Source: Cetorhinus maximus (lineage: Eukaryota). Taken from it: a stretch of DNA of 64,000 nucleotides. A program made the position numbers and the translations under genes. Below the pieces are notes generated by a model, which had not been told where the DNA came from, did not search any database, and saw only the letters and a program-made list of their open reading frames with translations. Of the stretch, positions 10,883 to 20,700 are shown in pieces (the first letter of the stretch is position 1; each line of letters opens with the position of its first letter). Location: contig NC_135890.1 of NCBI RefSeq assembly GCF_964194155.1, positions 23,684,001 through 23,748,000 on the forward strand. The letters run 5' to 3'.

Positions 10883-13710
10883 ACTGGAAACAAGGGGTCA
10901 TCTGTAATTATGGCACAGGGTTGGGGTGATGCTGTTAGTAGAATCTAACTGCAGGAGATTTACTGAAGCTCTCATCTATGCAAACACACAAATTCCCATT
11001 TGGTCTGTCACTCTCCTCATGTAAAGTGAAAGAAATACTGCTTTCAGGAGGAAATCAACTAAAGGAACAGACAACGGTCACATTACACATTAAAATATAT
11101 TGAATGAAAATTATCTATGCCACAGGAAAATAGAAAAGTACCAGACTGGGAGGCACTTATAATCCCACAAACTATAAAGTATATAGAATTCCAACACAGA
11201 CAGGTTATTCTACCCAACCAGTTGTGTTGGTGTTTATTCTCCACATGAGCAGTATCCTAATCTCCAATCGCAATTTCATGAAAGAACTCTAAAGTCCAGA
11301 GATTTTACACAAGTGCTATGTCCTGCTCCTTCCCCAGATGAATCATGAAGGTGGAGTCCCAAATAGTTGGTGGCAGTAGATCATGTCCAGGTACCGGTTG
11401 CAATTATAGACGGTTGTGTATTGGGTCGAAAACCTGTTTAGTGTCAGGGTGTTTAGTGCCAGCTTCCCTTGTTACGGACTGCTGGAGTTTTACTGCGACC
11501 AGCAAGATCAGTGTGGCAGCCGCTGGCCCAAACACCAGCCGGCGACTGTGTCTCAGCAAGTGTCAGGGACAGATTCTCTCACATGCTGCATCTTCAGGCC
11601 CAAGATTCTGATACAAGGTCTCAATTCACAAGCAAAATGATACAAGCCACAATCTTCTCATTTTGTAGATTTCAGCCTATTTTTAAATTAAAGAAAATCT
11701 CTGTCTGGATGAGCAAATCCCATACATTAGTACTAGAACCTCAACAGAGACAGACAGTAAACAACCTGTTCACAAAAACCTTCAAAAATAACTTTTCAAA
11801 CAATTCCTAGGCGGGGCACAGATGTTTGGTTTGAAAAGAATTCACAAAGAAAAGCAAACCTGGAACAAACCAAGAAATCGATTTCACTGAAGGAAGAGCA
11901 GCCAGTAGGAGGGAAGGGGAAAACAAGAGTTGGAAGAAAGTTGTTTCCAACTTTTATAGCATCGGAGTCTGTTTCATCCAGCCAGCACTAGCCCCAGACG
12001 GAGATACTAATAGAATAAATTTAAGGAACACTAAAAGAAAGCTGAAAATATTGCAGTTCAGTTTCTTTCCTTGGTTTTGGATTATAATAACTAATCATTG
12101 AATCTCTCAACATCTGGAGCCACGGAATTACAGTCCTGATAGCAAACAGCCTGTTAAGAAATATTTCCAACCATGTTGAATAATTGGTCATGACTGAGGC
12201 TTAAGCGTGTTGTCCAAGTGCAAGTTTATTACTCAGACACCAATAGTATAATAACTATTACAGTTATACGATAGATCCATACAACCTGGTTTCTTGCAGA
12301 CTCAAGGTGATCAAACTTGGCCTCTATAGATGTTGTCTCTGGGATGTCCTGTGAGTTCTGACCTTAAATAGCTGTTCTCTGATACATTGCACACCTTTAC
12401 TTTGTGAATTATATCACATGATACCTGTCATGATATCACTTTAAAAGAATATGAAAATGATCAAGGGACCAGGATGTAAAGTAGTATGCGATCAGCAGCC
12501 AGTTAGTTGTGTGTATGAGTGGTTGCAGCTATTGATGTGACAAATGGTGGTTGCTGAATCGCTCGAGGATACCTGTTTGTTGAGCTACCCTGTTATGTGT
12601 ACATATCAGTTGCAGTCTTCAAATAAACTGAGGTTATCAGTAGTTATAGTTTACCAGTTCCATGTGACAGGTTGGCGAGTTTGCTTAAAGTAACCAGAAA
12701 CACAACATGGTGGCAGTGTTGCAAATTTGAAGACCACAGGAGGCGGCACAGACAAAATTTGGTGCAATATGGAGACTGTAGTGCACTGAAACCACAGGAC
12801 AGATAGTCCATCTACACACAATACTTTTCAGAACAGTTAGTACCTGATTTGTGGGATAGCTGGATTACTGGTGAATGAGAGCAACGAATCAGACGGACCA
12901 AGGTGAAGATTTAGAGTGGAGAAATCTTCAACCAGAAAGTGAACAGGCTTTCCACATGGTAAATGTGGCACAATGTGTGGATGAATCAAGCAGTTCAAGG
13001 ATTTTGCTACTATCAGCATCATATGCCGGAAGAAAAGCAGCAAACGCATGCTCATAACCAAAGTCGACACGGGAGAGCGTGGGTGCATCTTGCCACTCAG
13101 AATCTCGAAGGATGTGTATCTGGACCGTTGGGAGTCAATGACACAATCTATGATAGCCAAATTAACTTTGTACAATGGGTTACCCATTCATTGCATAGGT
13201 ACAGTGACATTTGAAATGCAGCTACAGCATGGAAACCGCATGTATTCTGCCGACACGACTGGGCCAGCAGTAGCAAGATTTACAGCATGCACAGAACTCA
13301 ATATTGTGACCATACACAAGATAGCTGGTGCACCAATTGTGGCAGAAGAGGCTAAGAACATGCACATTGTAGGTCATGGACTTACTCAACAGATATACCC
13401 AGACAGATTCGACACTAGGAAATTTTAGAGGTTATACTAGCTTCACCTCACAAAAGATGAAATTCCATCGATCAATCCTCCTGGAGAAGGTTAAGAGTGA
13501 GTTCGATGACATGGAGCATAACAGCATTATCCATCATGTGCATCAGCATACCGATTGGTAAAGCTCTATCATGTACGTACTGAAAAAAGATGACACAATC
13601 TGTGTATGCTTGAACCCAAGGCATCCAGATCTTGCTCTAAAGAGGTGCCAACACAAGATTCACAGAAGCAAGGCTTTTCTCCAAGCTGGAAGCCAAACAC
13701 TAACATTGGT

Positions 13711-14190
13711 TGATAAAAACAAAAAACTGCGGATGCTGGAAATCCAAAACAAAAACAGAAACAGAAATACCTGGAAAAGCTCAGCAGGTCTGGCAGCATC
13801 AGCAGAGAAGAGCACAGTTGACGTTTCGAGTCCTCATGACCCTTCAACAAGGTGCTACTAGAGCTACCTTGCTTGTCCTGCTCTCCATTCTTAATTAGCA
13901 CATTCTTTTACATAATATCACCACCTTCAACACCTCTGTTCTTTTGTCTGTGACATCTTTTGGTTATCTGCTCCTATCACTGCTTGCTTGTCCCAACAAA
14001 CGCCCCCCAACCTTAAATCAGCATATATTTCACCCCTTTCCTATTTCTACTTAGTTCTGTTGAAGGGTCATGAGGACTCGAAACGTCAACTTTGCTCTTC
14101 TCCGCCGATGCTGCCAGACCTGCTGAGTTTTTCCAGGTATTTCTGTTTTTGTTTTGGATTTCCAGCATCCGCAGTTTTTTGTTTTTATCA
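13711..14190. mobile_element. Non-autonomous PLE insertion with inverted arms, inside the Gypsy RT
   Basis: Arm 13711-~13849 is the reverse complement of ~14058-14190; interior matches the 3' region of the large PLE. Confidence 0.88.
14053..14091 (+). ncRNA. Minimal type I hammerhead ribozyme motif (PLE)
   Basis: AGTT-CTGTTGA-A-GGGTC-ATGAG-GACTC-GAAA-CGTC-AACT: stem I AGTT/AACT, stem II GGGTC/GACTC, palindromic ACGT. Confidence 0.65.
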
Positions 14191-16558
14191 CAGAAAATAT
14201 CCCTGGATGCGGATGCACTGCAAATGATATTGCAGTGATGGGCAAAACCAAAGAAGAGCATGACCAAAATTTACATTTATTAATGGTAGCAGCTCATCAT
14301 GAAGGATTCATCTTCAACAGCAAGAAATGCCAAGTGAATGTGGGTCAGATTAACTTTTTTGGCTCTATTTATTCAAATTCCGGAATCTCTCCTCACCTAG
14401 TCAAACTCGAAAATATGGGACATATGCCTACACCCTAGGACGAAGAGGACTTGCAGAGTTGCATCGGATTTTTCAACTTCCCAATGCCAAACATACCAAA
14501 CTTTGCCAGTAGAGCATCACTTGGAGGGTTGTAAGGAAGGATGTTCCATATGTATAGCAGGAGGACCATCAACGTGTGTTCAGGTCACTTAAACAGGCAT
14601 CATCAGAACAGTCATGTGTTCTACAATACTACGACCCAAGAAAAGAGACGGTCTTAGAGGTCAACACATCTCAAAAAGGATTAGGAGCATGCATTATGCA
14701 AGTTGGAAAACCAATTGCATTTGGCTCAAAGAGTATTGCAAGCGGAATCCAATTATTTGCACATCGAGCACGAGACACTCGCTCTGATACTCGATATAAG
14801 ATTTCACACATGCCTATTTGGTGAACGATTTTTTGTGGAAACTGACCACAAACCATTGATTTGAAATGATTTGGCACAAGCCACTGACAAGTGCACCACC
14901 CAGACTACAGGGACTTCTAAAATACAGGGATCCAACACTGAAGTCTGTAACAAACCCAGCAGCAAAATGGTTACTTCAGCCACACAGAACAGATTACTGA
15001 ATACGAAGAATCCACAGACATTTTACTAGATCTACAAGCAGATGGCATTGACATCGAAGTAGAAGGTTTACCCAATGTCAATCTGATGAGTTTTGTCAAA
15101 AATGTAACCAATTTCAGGAAGAAACAGCCAATGATCCACAACTGAAAGCATTACAAAGTTATTGCAGAAGGGTGGCCTGAAATGATACAAGTGTCAGGCA
15201 CCGTAAGATGTTTTTGGCCGTACAGAGATGAACTAGATATTTCAGGAGTTGAGATTTTCAAAGGAAAGCAGGTGTGCTTGTGCCTGAAGCTCTTCGTCAG
15301 GACACATTGTCAGTTACATCAGGGCGTATGGCCATAGAGCGGACAAGGCACCTGGCAAGGGACCCTGTGTATTGGCCAACTGTGTATTATGGATCAACAA
15401 CGATATCGAGATGGTAGCAAGGATGTGCGAAGCATGCCAGAGACACCAACCACACCAACACAAAGAACCAATGCATTCTCATGAGGTTCCATTGCACCCT
15501 TGGTCCAAAATTGCAAGAGATTTATTCACTGTCCATGGCGATGACTTTCTCCTCACCACTGAACACTTCTCCAAAGCTTCCAATCAACAGACAATTGAAG
15601 GATACCTTGAGTGCATCCATGGCAGACACAATGAGCACAATATTCAGTTTGTTTGGTATCCCTAATGAGTTATATCGGAGAACTGGCCACAATATACTGG
15701 TAGATCTTTTAGGGAAAGGTGTGCTAAATGAAACGTAAACCATGTGACAGTCTTGCCACACTATCCCAAATGCAGTCACAAGCAAGATATGGCAATGGCA
15801 AACATTGACACTGTCAACTGGGACAGAGTTGCTGACGACTGTGACCTTCGGGGGCTGACTTTTTGAAAGGGCATTGGAAGAAGCTAGCAGAAATTAAAAG
15901 CTTAGCTGGCTGAGAAGAGACCCCAGGGAAAACAGAAGCCAGCAAATCTTGCATCTTCTCCACCCACTGTCTTCCTCTGCAGCAAATGCAGCAGAAATTG
16001 CCATGCCAAAGTGGGGCTCCTGAGCCACAGCGGACATGCTTAACAAAGAGTTGACCACCACGGCACAAACTATCATCTCATAAGACAGGAGGCTGCCACC
16101 AGATGGTGAGAAGGGGTTTGGTGAACTAACACAACCATATCTTACAGAGTTCAGGAAAGTTTTTGGCTGCAGCATGGCTAATCAATAGAGGCTATCTCCC
16201 TGAAATCTGCACCATTCAACAACTCCATAAACCAAAGATACTAGGTTGACAAATATGATCCTGTGTCTGTTGAGAGAGAATGCACAACTAATAACAGGTA
16301 GGAATTTTAAAATTGTTTTGTAAAACATTTTCAGATGCAGTAATATAGCTTTTGTAAAGAACTCTAACCCATTAGAGATCGAATAAAATAAGAATGAGGT
16401 TTATAAACCAACTGTCAATTTATATTGGTTCATATTTTTAAAAACTCATGATTTTTATACCAAACCTCTCGATTTTTCATAGCCTGTCTCTTGAATTTTC
16501 AGATGGTAGGGCCGGGCATTGCTGCAAAAATAAACAAGGAGGAAAGGCAAAATGCTAC

Positions 16559-16806
16559 AAAAATAAAAATAGAAAATGCTGGAAATACTCAGCAGGTCAG
16601 GCCAAATATGTGGAGAAAAAATCCTGCCCTGAGTATTTCTGTCATTTTCTGTTTTTAGTTCAGATTTCTAGCATCCGCAGTATTCTGCTTTTCAAAATAT
16701 TACAGATGTTGGAAGCAAACCAGAAACGGCGGCGAACACCAGTGGGTCAATCAGCTGCTGTAGAGAACAGAGAAGTTAATGTTCGGGATAGGCCCTCTTA
16801 CAGAAC
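16559..16806. mobile_element. Old PLE terminal fragments in both orientations
   Basis: Diverged gaaaatgctggaaatactcagcagg and its complement; decayed ribozyme motif at ~16775-16806. Confidence 0.6.
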
Positions 16807-16988
16807 CAGAACACAAGAGGCTGCCGAGCATATTCATATACTCAGGAAAATAGGGAGAAGAGAAAATATATTTAACAACATATACATTAAGATTCAGAGA
16901 GAGGGAGGGAATGAAAGAGAGATCGGAGTGGGGGGGCGGGTGTGGTCAAACTGACCACCAAGGGCTCAGATGTCAGTACAACACTCAC

Positions 16989-17120
16989 CCCACCGAGGGC
17001 CCGTGTCCAGCTACGTCCCACTCTCCCAGAGTCCGAGTATCCCGGGTCCAGCTGTCCAGACGTCCGCCACTGTCTACAGTTCTGTTATTTTGAGGCCGGC
17101 GCCATTTTTTGTTTTTCCCG
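16989..17120 (-). other. NCAPH2: Probable non-coding leader exon of NCAPH2 (start approximate)
   Basis: Strong donor GGG|gtgagt at 16989/16988 in a CpG-rich segment next to promoter motifs; the ATG exon carries an acceptor, so an upstream exon is needed. Confidence 0.6.
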
Positions 17121-17345
17121 CTCAGGGATGTACCCCGGACTGCGCGTGCGCAGCACATACTCAACCACCCGACCATGAAGGGGGAGGAAAAGGAGGGAAA
17201 ACACATTTTGAGAGAATTTTACGCAAGATAAGACCTATCAGCTTGATCTTTTGCTATGTGAGAAATGTTATGTTCAAATAACCTATTGGATTCCGCAAGT
17301 TTAATTAAAAATTCCAGAGATGATCTCCCCTTCCGCTCTGATGGT
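17085..17345. promoter_or_regulatory. Bidirectional CpG-rich promoter shared by NCAPH2 and LMF2
   Basis: YY1-like AAAATGGCG (minus, ~17100-17108), E2F TTTCCCGC 17114-17121, NRF1-like TGCGCGTGCGCA 17141-17152, CHR-like TTCAAA 17273-17278, ATTGG 17285-17289, ETS-like CTTCCG ~17330; lies between divergent genes. Confidence 0.7.
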
Positions 17346-17624
17346 ACAGGCGCCAAACTGAGGAGAGACATGGAGGTGTAGCGCAATCCATTTCGAGAAT
17401 AGGGGGATGAAACTTTAGGAACTTATTAAAAAGACAAAAAGTTTAAGCCCGTTGTTAAGTCGGTTGTTTATTTCATAAATCATCAATATTATTGAGAGTG
17501 TTGATTAGTGGCTCAGAGTTAACCAAATTGTGGGTCATTATCGTTGAAGTGATTTGGATTGGTCGTATTGACTCCTTCCCCCCCCCCCCCCTTGTGTGGT
17601 TGAGTCCAGGCCTGCAGCTTCAAG

Positions 17625-17718
17625 ATGGGGGAGATCAGTGGTCCGCGCGGTGCATTCCTTTGGGGCACTGCAGCCATTTACTTATGTGCATTCGCCTCAC
17701 TTTATATACAAATTCCAG
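17625..17718 (+). CDS. LMF2: LMF2 coding exon 1
   Basis: aagATGG; [31 protein letters not shown]+G|gtaaca. Confidence 0.92.
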
Positions 17719-20700
17719 GTAACAGCAGCGAACTGACAGTTTGTGAGCGTAAAGGTCCGGGTCGGCAAGGGCGCAGTCAACAGGGGGGAGGGGAGCCACA
17801 TGCATGAAGGGAGAGGTCTGACTGTCTGGTAGTGGAAGGGAGCAGTGTGAAGTGTAAGAAATCATTTAGTTTGAAGTAATGGAGAGTGTGTGGCTGTGGG
17901 ATGGGAGGTTGAAAAGAACAGTTGACAGTATGAATGGTGCAGAACAAGAGTTTATACCTTGGTTTGCGGGCTTTGTGGTGTAACAGCCACTCTGGTATTG
18001 TGGTCCGAGACTCCCAATTGTGTAATGCACACAGGTGACATGTTTAAGAAACGCCCATTAGACTCAACTAAAACCATCTTGTTTTATGAACATTATCCAC
18101 ATTGCCCATTTCTCCCCCCACCCCACCCCCGTATCCGTGAACCCTTCCTCCACACACAGCACACCTTATCCTCAGCCCCATCTCTCTGCAGAGAAGCCAG
18201 TCCAATTACATTTTAACTCTTAAAAACTCAGCAGGTCTGACAGCATCTGCGGAGAGGAACACAGTTGACGTTTCGAATCCGTAATCGGATTCGAAACGTC
18301 AACTGTGTTCCTCTCCGCAGATGCTGTCAGACCTGCTGAGTTTTTCCAGGTATTTCGCTTTTTGTTCTAGGTTTCCAGCATCTGCAGTATTTTGCTTTTA
18401 ACTCTGTTTATATGCTGTGGTTATTTTTTTCACCAGGAGTAAATTCTACAACTTTGATGCCCTTTTGTGTGAAAATGTTCCCAAACCTCATTCCTATCTT
18501 ATAAGATTAAAGCAAAATACTGCAGGTGCTGGAAACAAAAACAGAAAATGCTGGAAAAACTCAGCAGGTCTGGCAGCATCTGAGGAGAGAGAAACAGAGT
18601 TAACGTTTCGAGTGCATATGACTCGCGCTCTGAAGAAGAGTCATTTGGACCCGAAACATTAACTCTGCTTTTCTCTCCTCAGGTGCTGCCAGACCTGCTG
18701 AGTTTTTCTAGTGTTTTCTGTTTTTATCTCATTCCTATCTCCCTGGTTTGTAACTGGTGTGCCTGCGATTTAAAGCTTTCATCTTGAGTGGGCAGTTTGC
18801 CTGAATCAGCTATCAGTGGGAACAATGGGTCGGCATTGGAATGTTATGCTTCTCACCATCTGCGAAGGGTGAGATTCGGAATTGTGGAATTGGTTGAACT
18901 CTGCTCTGATCAGTCAAGAGCTGCCAGAGAGTAGGAGACTGTGATTGGATGAAAGTTGTCAGTTGGGGCTGTGCACCTTACCCATCATCAGGACATCTTA
19001 AAGCACTTTACAGCTAGTTGACAGTATTAGAGCAGTGGGAGATATTCAAGAAGGAGATAGAGAGGGTTCAGAACAAATTTGCTCCCGCAAAGAAATGTGG
19101 ATAGGATACCCAAATCTAGATTGCCCTGTCAAAGTGCATACAGTGTAGGATAATGCAAAAATAGAAGCTTAAGTCCAGAAACCAAAAGCTCAATAACACA
19201 CAAAGCCAAGGGGAATAAGAAAGTGCAGGGGTGAACTTAGAAAGAAAATTTGAAAAACAAAGAGAGAACATGAAAAAATGTTGGCAAGTAAAATCAAGGC
19301 AACCCCAAAGCTATTTTATAAACAGAGAAAGGGGATAGCTAAAAGAGTAGGGCCTATTCAAGACCAAAAAGTTCATGTGTGTGTGGAGTCAGAAGAGGGG
19401 GCTTGGTTTTCAATTAATACTTTGCATCAGCCTTCACAAAATAGGGAAGTGATGCAAATGTTGTGGTTGAAAAGGAGTATAAAAGAGAGAGAAGAAATAT
19501 TATGGGGTTTAGCATCTTTGAAAGTTGATAAACCACCAGACCCAGATGAAATGTGCCCCAGGCAGCTAAGAGAAGCAGTTGAGGAAATAGCGGTGACTCT
19601 GACTATCATTTCTAATCTTCTCTGGCCACAAGCATGGTGACAAAGGACTGGAAGACTGCTACAGTTTTACCATTGTTTAAAAACAGAGGAAGGAATTGAT
19701 GAAGTCTGGTCAGCAAATTGGTGGGAAAATTCTGAAGGACAATATGGTCATTTAGAAAGGTGCAGATTAATCAAGGACAGTCAGCAAAGATGTGTTAAGG
19801 GAAGGATATGTCCAGCTAACCTGATTGAATTTTTGAGGGAGTAACAAGGAGGGTCGATGAGAGTAGCTCAACTGGTGAGTTTTGGCAAGGTTTTTGACAA
19901 GTTCCCATATGCAGATTGGCCAGATAAGTAAAAACCTGTGCGATAATTAGCAGGTTGGATCTAAAATTGCCCCAGAGCAGAAAGCACAGGATACTGGGTT
20001 GTTGTGTTTGTGACTAGAAGGCCATTCCCAGCTGGGTTCCACAGGGCTCAGTGCTAAGTTTCTTGTTTTTCATGTTATATATCAATAATTTAGACTTAAA
20101 TGTGGTGGGGGCGGGGGGGGATGATTAAAATGTTTGCAAATGGTACAAAGGCTGATCATGTTGTTAAGACTGAGGGGGAAAGCTGTAGACTGCTGAAATA
20201 TATCAATGGATTTGTCCAGTGTTTACAAAAGTGGCAGGTGCAATTCAGTCTGATCAAATATGAGGTAATGCATTTGAGGAAGGCTAGCAAGGCAAGGGAA
20301 TACACAATAAATGGTTGGATGCTGAGAAGCGTAGAGGAACAGAGACCTTGGAGCACATGGCCACAGATCTCTGAAGGTAGCAGGACTGGTATAAAAGGTG
20401 GTTCAGAAGCCATGTGGGTTACTTAATTCGTGAGGAATAGAATATAAGAATCAATAACCAGAGAGCATTGATTTAAAGTATTTTTTTAATTCATGGGATG
20501 TGAGCATCACTGGCTAGGCCAGCGTTTATTGCCCATCCGTAATAGCCCTTGAGAAGGCAGTGGTGAGCTACCTTCTTGAACTGTTGCAGTCCATGTGGTG
20601 TTGGTACACCCACAGGGCTGTTCGAGAAGGAGTTCCAGAATTTTGACCAGCAACAGTGAAGGAACAGCAATATATTTCCAAGTCAGGATGATGAGTGGCT

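Larger units (their letters stand above)
12426..15760 (+). mobile_element. Decayed Gypsy/Ty3 LTR retrotransposon (5' LTR ending 12707, PBS 12708-12718, PR-RT-RH-IN)
   Basis: ...CAACA then TGGTGGCAGTG (complementary to a tRNA-Leu 3' end); protease KVDTG; RNase H YYDPRKETVLEVNTSQKGLGA; integrase CEACQ and PWSKIARDLF; many stops and frameshifts; no matching 3' LTR seen. Confidence 0.88.

Noticed and set aside
11300-11640. Unassigned segment with a hydrophobic minus-strand reading (LVFGPAAATLILLVAV) after an in-frame TGA
   Set aside because: No start codon, convincing splice pair, SECIS or recognisable homology; probably a repeat fragment
16448-16954. 168-aa plus-strand ORF near the promoter
   Set aside because: Largely translated PLE terminal fragments; no recognisable domain
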